A DNA stretch of 64,000 nucleotides from Mytilus californianus. Its lineage: Eukaryota. Positions 11,501 through 24,567 of the stretch are shown here, in pieces. The stretch spans positions 27,156,001 to 27,220,000 of the forward strand of contig NW_026262734.1 of the NCBI RefSeq assembly GCF_021869535.1, written 5' to 3'. Position 1 is the first letter of the stretch; each line of letters opens with the position of its first letter. The position numbers were made by a program, and so were the translations under genes. The notes beneath the pieces are model-generated. The model had not been told where the DNA came from. It made no database searches and saw nothing but the letters and a program-made list of their open reading frames with translations.

Positions 11501-14500
11501 TAGTCATAAAAAGAAGGTCGGCAATCACCAATCATGGAATAAATAGCCAGCAGATGATGTTCAACATTACAAGGAAAACTGGCTTTAAGTTGTATTTTTA
11601 AACACATTGTTATTGTATAACAAATGAAAAATGAAAAAATTACAATAAACAGTCATGGTTGCAACAGAAAACAGATATTTTTTTTTCAAATATCTGGTTT
11701 CAGTACGAGCCATTTTGTAAAAAAAAATCAAACTATTTTGAGTTATTTTTGATAAATTTTCTGAAGTTGTCAATCTTTGATTTCAATTTTCTCATTTCCT
11801 TAGTTTTTCCCCAATATATCAAGGTTGTTCTGACACAGGTGGACTGACGCTTCTACTCTTTGAATTAGCAATAGTTTTCTAGGGGCACTGTAGGTTAAGA
11901 ATGCATGAAGTCTCTAAATAACAACCCCCTTGGGATGTAAAATTCAAGTTATCTTTCAGACATATTATCAAGAGCAATTAATTGCATGATAAACCTGAGA
12001 AACTAAAAAGATCTATTAACTAATAAACAGGTGTCTATAGATCAGATACACTTTAAAATAAATTAACTTTGTATTGCTTTACTGATGATTACTGACCATG
12101 AATTTAGAATATGACTGACTATACTTAATTATTCTCAAGATTTCTTTGAGTTATGTCCCTTGAAAGGCAAAATTAATAACTGCTTTTGGTTACTTTTATG
12201 ATAACCTTTTCAAGTTATGTGAAACTCTAGTAACCATTTTTCAGCCAGACTGATAAAATTACATTATAACAAAAGCTAAAAATGACAAATCTGTTCATAT
12301 TAGAATTTGATGAATCAATTACCACCTTTTTTTTAATTGAAAATTTTACTGATTTACAAAATGCATAAAAAAATGGTAAATTTATTGAAAAACAAAATTG
12401 TACTTTTTTCCTCTCAGGTAAAAGTTTATGATGCTAACAGTGGTAAACTAGTGTCCACTCTATACAACCATACCTGGACAGTTACTTGTGTCAATATAGC
12501 AGACAGTCCAGACAATCTTCTGACCACTGGTAGTGGGGATAGAAGGTATGTAGAATGTGGTCAGTATACCCTCTTCCCTATATTATTATCACTTGTAGTT
12601 TGCAAAGTACTGCATTGTTTTATTTTGTTGCAATTATGACAGTGTTGTAAATTTAGAAATTTGTACAATGTTTTCATTATTGTGAAAATCATAAAATTGA
12701 GAATGGAAATGGGGAATGTGTCAAAGAGACAACAACCCGACCATAGAGCAGACAACAGCCGAAGGCCACCAATGGGTCTTCAATGCAGCGAGAAACTCCC
12801 GCACCCGGAGGCGTCCTTCAGCTGGCCCCTAAACAAATATGTATACTAGTTCAGTGATAATGGACGTCATACTAAACTCCAAATTATACACAAGAAACTA
12901 AAATTAAAAATGATACAAGACTAACAAAGGCCAGAGGATCCTGACTTGGGACAGGCGCAAAAATGTGGCGGGTTAAACATGTTTTTTGAGATCTCAATCC
13001 TCCCCCAATACCTCTAGCCAATGTAGAAAAACCAACGTACAACAGTACGCACAGTAAAACTCAGTTTAAGAGAAGTCCGAGTCCGATGTCAGAATAGGAA
13101 ACAAAAGAAAATAAACAAAATGACAATAATACATAAATAACAACAGACTACTAGCAGTTACTGACATGCCAGCTCCAGACCTCAATTAAACTGATTGAAA
13201 GATTATGTCTTCATCATATGAATATCAGGCACAATCCCTCCTGTTAGGGGTTTAGTATTATACCATCATAAAATATATGAGAAGAACATAACCCGTGTCA
13301 TACCAACAACTGGTTTTAGATTAAATATGTTTAATTCCGATGCAAAGACCCTATAAGTGAATCAATATTAAAGCCAAAATATGCAATCTTTAATGACCTG
13401 ACAACAGTATCGTAACTATATATCTTCTTAATAAGTCTGTTTAAAGGTTTTGTTAGCTTTTGAGGTAAATACTGACATTTTTGTGCTTTGTAAAGAATAT
13501 TACCATAAAAGATTGGATGTGAAATACCCGAACGTATAAGATGTCTGCATGTTGAGTTATATTTACGAATGATGTCCTTATACCGATGATAAAATTAAGT
13601 AAATGTTTTGACTAGTTTATGATATCGAAAACCCTGGTGTAATAATTTTTCATGAATTGATAGGTGTCACACAAAAAAAAATCGCATTTCAAACTTTGAT
13701 AAAATTCTTTGTATTAAGCATTTCCCGAAACAGCAATAATAAAACTTGCATTTGGGTTAATTGTAATAATAAATGCACACAAGAATTTCTGAATTTACAG
13801 TATTTTTAAAATTTTACTATTTTTATGACCAGTTGAAAATAAAGCTTCTCAATACACAAAAAACTTTGCAAATAATAATATCAAACTAGCTACACATGCA
13901 TTTAAAAAAAAGGATAAGAACTTCCTAATTGTATACTGTGTAAAGTCATTTAGAATTTGGAATAATGTTTTAAAATATTTGTTATCCCACAAATAGCGAA
14001 ATACTATTTGTATTGATTCAAAATTATTCTAGCTTTTCTTTTGATTGCAACCACAATTCACCAAAAAATTATTTCATCAACTTCGATAACAATTCTTAAG
14101 TTTGTTACTTTATAAATAATATTACCTTAAAAAACTGGATGTGTAAAAGAGGTGTAAAATATACATCCAAAACAGTTGCTAATAAAATATGTCCCTTTTT
14201 GTAGTTAAATATAAAAACATTTAAGATAATGAAATACAAAAATATATTTTGAGGTAGCAATGTAAAACATTATCGCTTGCTTTTTGTAGCCAGATATTTC
14301 TATGTTTTCAGAGTACGGGTATTTGACTTGAGGTCAGAGAATATGACACACTTACTGTCTGGTCACTCTAGCCAGGTTAACACAGTACAGATGGATGATA
14401 TTAAGATTGTATCGGGTGGAGATGATGGATTTGTTAGAGTGTGGGATCTAAGGATGACAAAGAAACTCTGGGAAATACATAACAGGTAAAAAAGCTGTGA

Positions 14501-14572
14501 TTATGAAAATTTTCATCAACTTTTTTATACGACCGCAAAAAAATTTTGTGGTCGTATATTGGCATGACGTTG

Positions 14573-14610
<38 letters not shown>

Positions 14611-17600
14611 CGAATACACATTGGTTTTCGCACTCTAACTTTAGTTTAAGTGAATGGATCTCTATAAAATTTTACCATAAGGTTCAATACCACAAAAGGA
14701 AGGTGGGGATTGATTTTGGGGGTTATGGTACCAACAGTTAAGGAATTAGGGGCCAAAAAGGGGCCAAAAATAAGCATTTTTGTAACTTCCAGACATAACT
14801 TGTGTGTTAGTGTATGGATCTCTCTGACATTGTACCACAATGTTCCATATCACAAAGGGAATGCTGGGATTGAGTTTGGGGGTAATTGCCTCCAAATTTT
14901 AGGAATTAGGGGCCAAAAAGGGGAAAAAAACAAGCATTTTTCTAGTTTCATGACAATAACTTGTGTGTAAACGTATAGATCTCTCTGACATTGTACCATA
15001 AGGTTCCATATCACAAAGGGAATGCTGGGATTGATTTTGGGGGTAATTGCCTCCAAATTTTAGGAATTAGGGGCCAAAAGGGGCAAAAAACAAGCATTTT
15101 TCTAGTTTCATTACAGTAACTTGTGTGTAATTGTATGGATCTTTATGAAATTGTACTACAAGGTTCCATATCACAAAGGGAAAACTGGAAGTCATTTTGG
15201 GGGTAATTGCCCACAACGTTTAGGAATAAGAGGCCAAAAAGGGGCAAAAAATAAGCATTTTTCTAGTTTCCAGACAATAACTTGTGTTCAAGTGTATGGA
15301 TCTCTCTGAAATTTTACTGCAAGGTACCAAACCGCAAAGGGAAGGCTGGGATTAATTTTGGGGATAATTCCCTAGAAATTTGAGGAATTAGGGGCCATAA
15401 AGGGGCAAAAAAACAAGCATTTTTATAGTTTCAGGACAATAACTTGTGTGTAAGTGTATGGATTTTTATGAAATTGTACTGCAAGGTTCCATATCACAAA
15501 GGGAAAGCTGGGTTTTAGTTTGGGGGTAATTGCCCTAAATGTTTAGGAATTTGGGGCCAAAAAACAAGCATTTTTCTTTTTTCCAGACAATAACTTGTGT
15601 TCAAGTGTATGGATCTCTCTGAAATTGTACAGTTCATACATGTGAATCTCCCGACGGGAGTACAATAATCCGTTTTCAGGGGTCTCCTCCCAACCTCCAG
15701 TTGAAGACAAAAAAATCCCGTGTATGAAATATTTCATGAATGAAAAATTTCAGCCCAACATATCTGGTGTAACTGACATTACTGAAGTTATATTTTACCT
15801 GTAAATCAATTTAAATGCATAATTATATGGCCTCACTTGTCACCTTGGGTGTCAAACATACTGGTAATAAACGATTTTTACCTCAGGCTAACTGCCGTTG
15901 TGAAATAAAACTTTGTTTATTTTAAATGAATGTTGGGTTACTTCCCTTGATTTATCCTGTTTTAAGTTATTTTCCTTTAAATAATGTTAATTTTTAAAAG
16001 AATATAAATAAAATATAAATTGAACAAATAATCATAAAAGGATGGTAATTAAATGATTTTAAATGTTTTAGGACAAATAAAAAAATAATAATTTGAAAAT
16101 TATTTGAGGGTTCTATACTTCCTTTCAAGGCTTAAATTGAAATTTATATAATAACTATGACCACTGATCACAGTTTGAATGTGATACTAATATGCATCAA
16201 AAATAAAAATAAAAATCTACTTGCATAAAGATAAAAATAAAAGATCTACTTGCAAATAGATAAGCAAATGTTCTGATTGCAATGAATAATGGGAAGAAAG
16301 ATATGACCTAAAAAATTTAAAGAACATACTGAAAAAGAAGAATGTTAGATTGAACAAGTTGAAAGTTTAAAAAGATAGAGAAAATTTATAAATACAAAGG
16401 TACTATAAACATAATACATTCGAATGGAAAGTTGAAGAAAACACACTTTAACAGACAATTTCTACAGCACACGGTTACATTTACGACAGAATTTATGTCG
16501 ATTAAAAACATCCTGATCTGAGTCCTAATCTCCAAAACTCCTGATCTTAGTTTCACAGTCCATCATATGTATGTGTACTGCAAGGTACCATACCACAAAG
16601 GGAAGGCTGGGATTGAGTTTGGGGGTGATGAATCATAAGGGGGTTCAAAAAATTTTTGGGGGGATTTTTTTTTCCTTTTTTTCTTTAAAATTTTCCATTT
16701 TAAATTGGTTATTTCTGATTTATATATAAAAGCAAATAATAATGATATGGTTTGAATAGATAAATTAAAAATTTTTAAGTTCTTAGACCACATTTATTCT
16801 GTGTCAGAAACCTATGCTGTGTCAAATATTTAATTACAATCCAAATTCAGTGCTGTATCAAGCTTGAATGTTGTGTCCATACTTGCCCCAACTGTTCAGG
16901 GTTCGACCTCTGCGGTCGTATCAAGCTGCGCCCCAGCGGAGCATTTTATTAGCTAATGATCTTAAATGAAATAGAAATTTACACTTTCAAAAACAGTGAT
17001 ATAGGAAAAAAACCATGTAGGATGGGATTATTATTATCACCAGGATAATAGTCCTTTGCTAAATTCTGTAATTAACCTTGTAATTAGAGATCCATTTGTA
17101 CAAATTGTTTCCCTTAGGATGGACATAGATTTTTGTTGACAATAAAGAGCTAGCAGAAAAAGCAAATCTATCTGTGCATATTGTATGTTATCATCAAATC
17201 TTTTAATTAGATTTAATCTTTCGTTAAGCTGAAAACTTTTGATATCAATATTATTTTTTTATTGAAAATTTTTTAAAACCCCTATATATCACTTTCAACT
17301 GATGCCATGGGCAGCTGCCGATTTTTTGTTTGTTTGAAAGAGGATACATGCTATGTGCAGTGTATACTTAGAACTTCACGGTGGTCAGACTTATTGGTTG
17401 AATGATTCTGTACAGCTAGAAGTTGAAAAACTACCTAGACAACTGAACAACCAAGTGACCTACTTAATTTGCTGATTATTCATTCTAGTTGAAATACATA
17501 TTACTAAAAACCATTTATAAGATATTAGACCATTGTCTTCCTTTAGTTTCTTTGTTATCTTTCAAAAGTACATGATAGATCACACATCTTGCACAAAAAG

Positions 17601-20600
17601 TATACATTGTACTGTAAATTCAGAATTTTTTGCATGTACATGTATTTATTATTGCTTATGTTGGACAAGGGACACAATTGGTAGATTGATTATTGAGATT
17701 TCAGGAAACGCCATATACAAATAATGCTTTCAAAATTTGAAAAGTAAGTTTTTTAAGTTTTACCAAATGTATCCTATGGCAAATTTTGCAATGATTAAAA
17801 CATCACAAAAAAATTCAGAATTTACAATAGATGGTAAGTAAGTGGCCAAAATGTCTTGAAAATGGTTGTTTTTCCTTTTGGCATGTTAACACAAGATACT
17901 TTTTGCTAATTTCTAATTTTCAATCTGCACCTTAGAGGATGAGGCATCTATAGCAACAATATATCTTATTTCATATAACATCTGTGCATTTAGCGCAGTC
18001 AAAATGAATTAAACATATGAAACTCCGATTTTTACAGTCACTGGCAGTATGAAGCCTTATTTTTTTATCCATGATTCATGAAAGAATGCAGGTTCTCTGA
18101 AGTTTATCTCATCAGCTTCAAATTCATATTTATTGATTTTTAACCAAAATATCCATATGAAACATTTTTATACGACCGCAAAAAAAAATTTTTGTGGTCG
18201 TATATTGGTATGACGTTGGCGTCGTCGTCGTTGTCGTCGTCGTTGTCGTCGTCGTCCTGCGTCGTCGTCCGAAGACACATTGGTTTTCGCACTCTAACTT
18301 TAGTTTAAGTGAATGGATCTTTTTGAAATTTTACCATAGGGTTAAATACTACAAAAGGAAGGTTGGGATTGATTTTGGGGGTTATGGTACCAACAGTTAA
18401 GGAATTAGGGGCCAAAAAGGGGCCAAAAATAAGCATTTTCTAGTTTCCAGACAATAACTGCGGAACAGTGTATGGATCTCTCTGAAATTATACTACAAGT
18501 TTCCATACCACAAAGGGATGGTTAGGATTTGCTTTGGGGGGTTATGGCTCAAACCGTTTAGGAATTAGGGGCAAAAAAGGGGGAAAAACAAGGTTGTCCT
18601 GGTTAATGGACAAATACTTTTAGTACAAAACATAATTTAAAGCTGTGTAAGGGAGATAAATCAAATACATTATTGAAATTATCTCCCTTACACTGCTTTT
18701 AAATTATGTATAAAGTAATGGTTAATGAACAATAAAGATAATTTAAAACAGTGTAAGGGAGGTAATCCAAATACAACATTTTGGTTACTTCCCTTACACT
18801 GCTTTTAAATTATGTTTAAAGAAATGCATATTTATAAAGGAAGACCAGTAAAAATATCTGCAAATGTTGCATCATTTTATTTTACAAAAAAATCTATATG
18901 AAAGATTTGACACTATACTTTTAATTCTATTATAAAATAGATTAAGTTAGCACTATGGTAAAATTAAATGGGTAATTATGGTTGCCAACTCCATTGGAAA
19001 TTTGAATTGAGATTATGACCATATCTTGAGGGAAAGAATTTTTTTGGGGAAAAAAGAGGGGGATAAAAAGAAATTGTGGGGGGTCAATTTTTTCTCATTT
19101 CAGATTTCAGAAATTAAAAAGAATTATTCTTCAAATATTATTTTTTTTTCAAATTTCAAATATTGAAAAATTTCAAGAAGTAATCTTTAATTGCACAGTA
19201 TGGCACATTAGATTTGTAAAATCTTTGATCACATTTATTTATTTGTTATGCTGAATCTAACAGTGTATTTAGATTTTTAATTGTGGGTCCAGTTTTCAAA
19301 ATAGTATACATTAAGGTCCAAAGGGTCCAAAATTAAACTTTGTTTGATTTTAGCAAAAATTGAATATATGAGGTTCTTTGATATGCTGAATCTAAACATG
19401 TATTTAGATTTTTGATTTTTGGCCCAGTTTTCAAGTTGGTCCAAATTGGGGTTCAAAATTAAACTTTGTTTGATTTCAACAAAAATTGAATATATGGGGT
19501 TCTTTGATATGCTGAATCTAACCATGTATTTAGATTTTTTATTTGTGGACCCCGTTATCAAATTGGTTCATATTGAGGTCAAAAGGGTCCAAAATTAAAC
19601 TTTGTTTGATTTCATCTAAAATTGAATTATTGGGGCTCTTTGATATTCCAAATCTAACCGTGTATTTAGATTTTTAATTTTGGGTCCTGTTTTTTAAATT
19701 GGTCTACATTAAGGTCCAAAGGGTCCAAAATTAAACTTAGTTTGATTTTAACAAAAATTGAATTCTTGGGGTTCTTTGATATGCTGAATCTAAACATGTG
19801 TTTAGATTTTTGATTATGGGCCCAGTTTTCAAGTTGGTCCAAGATAGGGTCCAGTATTTAAACATTGTTTGATTTCAACAAAAATTGAATATATGGGGTT
19901 CTTTGATATGCTGAATCTAAACATGTATTTAGATTTTTGATTATGGGCCCAGTTTTCAAGTTGGTCCAAATTGGGGTCCAAAATTAAACTTTGTACTGAG
20001 CTCAAACAGGTTAGAAATACTCTGCAACGTCTTACATTCAATCTGTTTGTAAGCATTGTAAAAATAAATTTTATATTTTGAAACAAAGTATAAAGTAAAA
20101 TAGCAAAAATACCAAACTTCAAGGAAAATTCAAAACGGAAAGTCCTTTATAAAATGGCAAAATTAAAAGCCGAAATACACCAAAGGAATGGAAAACAACT
20201 GACATATTCCTGACTTAATACAGGCATTTCCTCATGTAGAAAATGCTGGATTAAACCTGGTATTATAGCTAGCTTAACCTCTCACTTGTATGACAGTCGC
20301 ATAGAATTTCATTATATTTGACAACAATGTGTGAGCAAAACAAACAGACATAATAGGTAAAATTGTCAAAATTGGGGTACAGCAGTCAACATTGTGTTAT
20401 AATTTTAATCACTATAAAAACAAATAACTATTTCAACCCGAAAAATAAAAAAAGGCATATAGACTCTCTATAGACAAAGTACATAAGCAAAAATGAAAGA
20501 CAAGAATACAAAAAAATACTATAGCACAAAAATACAATGTCGGGATGTATAAATACTGAGCCACGCCAAAAGTATATTAGCAAAAAAGGACTAAACAGTA

Positions 20601-23600
20601 AAGGTTAAAAATAAAAAGAACACTATAACACGTAATTAGGAGGATAAACAACGTTGGTACCTAGAATCTATACTTCAAGACCATCATGTATTATTTGTGA
20701 TATAGTTATTCTATATTTAATTGATTGTAGAGTGTTTAAATCATTGCATTTTCCTATAGCAAGTATTTAAGTTTATATTTAAACTGTATACCTATTAATT
20801 CTTTTAGACATCCAGTAAAGCATTGTCATTTTACAAAAGACAGATTGATATTAGGGAATGTGCCAACCAGTAAGATGCCGTTTGTTGATGAATTTGAAAG
20901 TGTTACACACAGAAGGTAGGGAAAATGTATGGTTACTTGTAAATTGTGTTATTAGCCTCACTTTAAAAAAATATTGAAATAAAATTCAATACCTTACATT
21001 AGACAAACTGTAGAGAAAGCTGATGAGTTTGTGTTTGCCGGTAACTATTATAACCAGAAAAACCTAAACAACTGTCAGAAAGCAAATAAGACATGTTAGC
21101 AGAGTTTAAATGAAGCAGTTAAGTTGTGAAAATTTATAGGAAGGATATATAAATCAGTGTTCCAGCTAGGATTTGAAAATAGAGGGGCGCGTTTTTAAAA
21201 AAGGGCACTTTAGCGCGTTCTCACTGAAAAAAATCAAATACTTAATATTACCACATAATGAAATATTTTTAGCAAGCATGTAGCTAAGTTAAATACTCTA
21301 TACTATTACATACATTGAAAATTGTGTAGGTTTGGTTGTGAATTTAAATAAGAGTGTCAATGAGACAATTGTCTTTATTTCGATCTTGAGAAATAGATTA
21401 ATTCAACAAATAAGTTTGTTAATTCAACTTTGAAAGTTTATTATCAATTTAACAAGCATCTCCGTATATTTCATGTTGAGCGTATCTAATAATATCAATA
21501 AGTTTGTCAAAACGGATTTCAATAAGAAAATTGATACAAAAATCGGACTTTCGAGAGCTCCGTAATCGGCACAATAATAAATTAATTCAACTTTGAAAGT
21601 TTATTATCAATTCAACAAGCATCTCCGTATATTTCATGTTGAGCGTATCTAATAATATCAATATTAAAGTTAGTCAAAACGGATTTCAATTAAAGAAAAA
21701 TGATATAAAAATCGGACTTTCGAGTGCTCCGTAATCGGCGGAATTTACAATAGAAGAACAATTGCGATATCTGATAGAAACGTTTCTTCTTCTCGATTTT
21801 TCATAAAAGTAAAGAATTAAATTATTTTTTTACCTTTGATGGTCATTATTCTTGAAAAAAGATGTAATAGACTGGCAAGTTTTTGATATTTTCTTCTTGT
21901 CATTTTCGAGTTGGTCAACTTTTCTTTTTTTCGTCGGCATTTTGCGTGTTGACGATTTACAATATACTATTGGAATGATTCTTTTTTAACGAATGTTATT
22001 TTATAAATAACAAATACAATAGAAATGGACATCGTTCACATTTATTTTATAAATTCTATTTTGCATCGTCAGGTGTTAAAAAACAATTCATTTAACTTGG
22101 ATGTTTGGTACTTCCGGGCAAAGGGATTAGACAGGGTCGTAAATTTCACCTGATTAAGTAATTGACTCTAATCAAATAGGTGATTATATACAGGTAACAA
22201 GTGTCAACAATTTTGATCTGTTGTCTTAATGAAGTGTGTGTATAAAGAACTCAACAAAATGGCGACGATATGAGGAAAAAAGATCGTTTTTTTAAACTTT
22301 TTTCAAAAGGGCACAGAGGGGCGCAGGGGCGCTTAAAAAAGGCAGAGGGGCGCAAAATTTCGGGGGCGGGGCGCGGCGCCCCTCCATTTCATGCTAGCTG
22401 GAACACTGTAAATTTTGGTCATGTTTTAGATATATTTCATTTCTGACATTTATAGCAAGTGGATTATAGTTTTGTTTTCCACTTTTCCACTTTTAGGGGG
22501 TCAAATAATATGGAAAAAATAATAATGGTGTGTAAAATCAGAGCATTGCTTTGTCCTCTTTAAATTGTTCTTTATACGACCGCAAAAATTAAAAAATTTT
22601 TGGTCGTATATTGGTATCACATTGTCGTCGTTGTCAGCGTCGTCTGAAGACAGATGGTTTCCGGATAATAACTTTAGTATAAGTAAATAGAAATCAATAA
22701 AATTTTAACACAAGGTTTATAACCACTAAACGAAGGTTGGGATTGATTTTGGGGGTTATGGTCTCAACTGTTTAGGAATTAGGGGCCCAAATAAGCATTT
22801 TTGTAGTTTCCAGACAATAACTTGTGTTAAAGTGTATGAATCTCTCTGAAATTATACCACAAGTTTCCATTCTACAAAGGGATGATTAGGATTGACTTAG
22901 GGGGGTTATGGCTCAAACCATTTAGGAATTAGGGGCAAAAAAAGGGGACAAACAAGGGTTTTTCTGGTTAAAGGAAAATTGAGACAATTTAAAAGCAGTG
23001 TAAGGGAGGTTATCCAAATCAAAATCCAAATCAATTTAAATAACAATGTTTGATTACCTCCCTTACACTGCTTGTAAATTATGTATTAAGAAATGATGAT
23101 TGTCTGAGATACTGACCATAACTTGAGGGAAAGAATTATTTTTTTGAATAAGGGAAAGGGGGGAGGTGAAAAAAATTGGAGGGGGACAATTTTTCTCATT
23201 TCAGATTTCAGATATTAAGAGAAAATTTCTTCAAATATTTTTTTTTGGGGGTTAATATTCAACAGCATAGTGTATTGCACAAACGCATAAAAAACGGGAT
23301 AAAAAAAATTTTTTTTTAGGGAGGGGGGGTCAATTCGCATAGTGTATTGCACAAAAGCAAAAAATTGAATATAAATTCAAATCATATAACCAATTTGAAG
23401 TTCTTTGACTACAGTTATTCAGTGTCAGAAACCTATTATGTGTCAAAAATTTAATTACAATCCAAATTCAGACCTATATCAAGCGTGAATATTGTGTCCA
23501 TTTTGGCCCCATTTTTCAGGGTTGGACATCTGCGGTCTATCCAGCTGCACTCAGCGAAGCAATTTATTTTTATTTTGTCTTATGTGCCCAAAAAGCATAT

Positions 23601-23939
23601 GCAAGCATGCATGTCCAAAAAAAATTGCATATGACCATTAACCTTTTAAATTGCTTAATTTTAAAGCAACCTTCAAGTGAAAGGATTTAACATATATTTA
23701 AGATTATTTCCAACATTTGAAGAACATGGAAGCGATGTACTTTAGCATCATTAAAATTTACTAGACAAAAGATAAAACAATGATCTTCTAATTACAGATA
23801 CAGGGGTTCTATTCAAATTTATGATTTCTCTGTGGACCAGACGACACAAGGAGTACCTGACATCTGTCTGTCAACATATGATGAACCAGAAGCCTCACAT
23901 TATAACATTAGTTTAGCCATGCCTTACGATAAATTATAA
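5070..23939 (+). CDS. FBXW8: F-box/WD repeat-containing protein 8, 11 exons, 684 aa: join(5070-5579,5975-6079,8214-8378,8574-8662,9140-9312,10158-10378,11149-11388,12418-12545,14312-14485,20808-20915,23798-23939)
   Basis: All introns are GT-AG with consistent phases (2055 nt). N-terminus LEKFRTEWKNEL; F-box DEINEIPFFDLTVPREVAIKIFEPLDLKDLCRCSQVSKSWKSLADDELLW; WD40 repeats (GHSSQVNTVQMDDIKIVSGGDDGFVRVWD); C-terminus RHPVKH..THRRYRG..HYNISLAMPYDKL. These match recalled human FBXW8. Confidence 0.95.
5975..6079 (+). CDS. FBXW8: FBXW8 exon 2 (F-box)
   Basis: TTAG|DEINEIPFF...LCRCSQ|GTGAGT. Confidence 0.95.
6516..6668 (+). mobile_element. tRNA-derived SINE
   Basis: Pol III A-box-like TGGCGGAGTG (6523) and B-box GAGTTCGAATCC (6587), followed by a non-tRNA body; no cloverleaf acceptor stem. 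Confidence 0.7.
6691..8006. mobile_element. Non-autonomous TIR DNA transposon with inverted subterminal 17-18-bp arrays
   Basis: Termini GTAGGACTC / GAGTCCTAC inside an (AT)n site. CTGAAGTGCGATGGT repeats on the left, ACCATCGCACTTCAG repeats on the right. Confidence 0.8.
8214..8378 (+). CDS. FBXW8: FBXW8 exon 3 (end of F-box)
   Basis: AAG|VSKSWKSLADDELLW...VYNWK|GTATCT. Confidence 0.95.
8574..8662 (+). CDS. FBXW8: FBXW8 exon 4
   Basis: CAG|NRLGSFTQLQHVHGG...IVAG|GTAACT, phase 2. Confidence 0.9.
9140..9312 (+). CDS. FBXW8: FBXW8 exon 5
   Basis: CAG|YTNGDVKLWN...VVAAYRQ|GTAAGA, phase 1. Confidence 0.9.
9251..9768 (+). repeat. Tandem array (7 x 73-76 bp) made of the exon-5 3' end plus its splice donor
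   Basis: CAAG|GTA donors at 9313, 9386, 9462, 9538, 9611, 9684 and 9757. Confidence 0.95.
10158..10378 (+). CDS. FBXW8: FBXW8 exon 6
   Basis: CAG|NVDIWKTD...INIMDH|GTAAGT. Confidence 0.9.
11149..11388 (+). CDS. FBXW8: FBXW8 exon 7
   Basis: TAG|ISASTILEE...GALDPYR|GTAAAC. Confidence 0.88.
12418..12545 (+). CDS. FBXW8: FBXW8 exon 8 (WD40)
   Basis: CAG|VKVYDANSG...TGSGDR|GTATGT, phase 2. Confidence 0.93.
12692..13615. mobile_element. Apparently intact ~0.92-kb interspersed repeat (non-autonomous, family unassigned) in FBXW8 intron 8
   Basis: Starts TAAAATTGAGAATGGAAATGGGGAATGTGTCAAAGAGACAAC. The same start occurs as a fragment at ~51633. Recognised from memory as an abundant mussel repeat; no ORF. 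Confidence 0.65.
14312..14485 (+). CDS. FBXW8: FBXW8 exon 9 (WD40)
   Basis: CAG|VRVFDLRS...KLWEIHN|GTAAAA. Confidence 0.95.
14522..16943 (+). mobile_element. Helentron/DINE-like non-autonomous element, family 1 copy A, with a ~160-bp internal array and a nested insertion
   Basis: T-rich start, TATACGACCGCA..GTGGTCGTATA short inverted repeat, (GTC)n, ~160-bp tandem array, 3' TGCGGTCGTAT subterminal inverted repeat, GC stem, T-rich end. Confidence 0.8.
15631..16574. mobile_element. ~0.94-kb insertion nested in family 1 copy A
   Basis: Interrupts GAAATTGTAC|TGCAAGGTACC, which is contiguous in copy E (36021-36041). Short duplication (TA or TGTAC). Weak TIR CATACATRTGA. Confidence 0.6.
18165..19994 (+). 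mobile_element. Helentron/DINE-like family 1 copy B, 3'-truncated, with a ~126-136-bp second array
   Basis: Same 5' signature TTTTTATACGACCGCA and (GTC)n. GGTTCTTTGATATGCTGAATCTA-containing units at 19372, 19498, 19634, 19770 and 19897. Confidence 0.8.
20093..20690 (+). repeat. Interspersed repeat fragment (related copy at 57950-58290)
   Basis: Shared core ACAACTG(T/A)CATATTCCTGACTT..GCTAGCTTAACCTCTCACTTGTATG in both copies. Confidence 0.65.
20808..20915 (+). CDS. FBXW8: FBXW8 exon 10
   Basis: TAG|HPVKHCHFTKDRLILGNVP...VTHR|GTAGGG. Confidence 0.92.
21155..22408. mobile_element. Non-autonomous TIR transposon (hAT-like termini, apparent 5-bp TSD)
   Basis: Perfect 15-bp TIR CAGTGTTCCAGCTAG / CTAGCTGGAACACTG, flanked by TAAAT on both sides. 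AGGGGCGC subterminal motifs. Internal ~160-bp direct duplication (21418-21740). Confidence 0.85.
22571..23561 (+). mobile_element. Helentron/DINE-like family 1 copy C (diverged)
   Basis: TTTATACGACCGCA..TGGTCGTATA start; CTGCGGTCTATCCAGCTGCACTCAGCGAAGCA end. Confidence 0.75.
23798..23939 (+). CDS. FBXW8: FBXW8 exon 11 (stop)
   Basis: CAG|YRGSIQIYDFSVDQ...LAMPYDKL TAA. Confidence 0.93.
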
Positions 23940-24561
23940 GAAGAATTGTAGATACAAGCTAAGTCTCTGTGTACATTGAATGGATATGATAAAGGGGCAT
24001 AACTCTATAGTCATAAGATGCATCACAGTACAATATCATCCTGATGAAATATGACATCTCTATTACAGTGAAAAGATTTACTAATGTTGGAAACTATCTG
24101 AAGTATTGACATCACAATGTTTGACAATTAAAGATATTTTCTGAAATAAAAAATATTTTTAAAATCATCAAAACATAAAATTGTATGGAAATCAAGATTT
24201 TAAATGTAGCAGAGCTTTCTATCATAGGTATATAAATCATGTTAATGAAATATTTGTAATTCATTGTATATATAGATACTTTGAAAAAACCTTTAGTATT
24301 TTTAAACAAACAACAAGTATTCACACACAAGTTTTTATTGAATGTATCTTTATTATACTTGTAATATACTGCCGATTCATTATTTAATTATTCACCATAA
24401 TACAAATTTCCTATATGCTTGAAGAAAACCACAAAATGAAGTATTAAAGAAATTACAATTTTTCCTCAAAATTTGCTCCAACTGAAAGTATTGAATCTGC
24501 AGTATTTATTGATTGTTATTTATTTTTAGTTTTATACAAAATACAAGTATAATGTAATGAA

Positions 24562-24567
24562 AATAAA
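24562..24567 (+). promoter_or_regulatory. Candidate FBXW8 polyadenylation signal
   Basis: AATAAA about 620 nt after the stop. Other hexamers exist (e.g. ~24145), so the choice is uncertain. Confidence 0.3.

Noticed and set aside
14434-14633. ORFs with poly-Asp/Thr/Val/Ser runs (also 18194-18400 and 35010-35495)
   Set aside because: These are translations of the (GTC)n microsatellite and arrays of the DINE-like elements.
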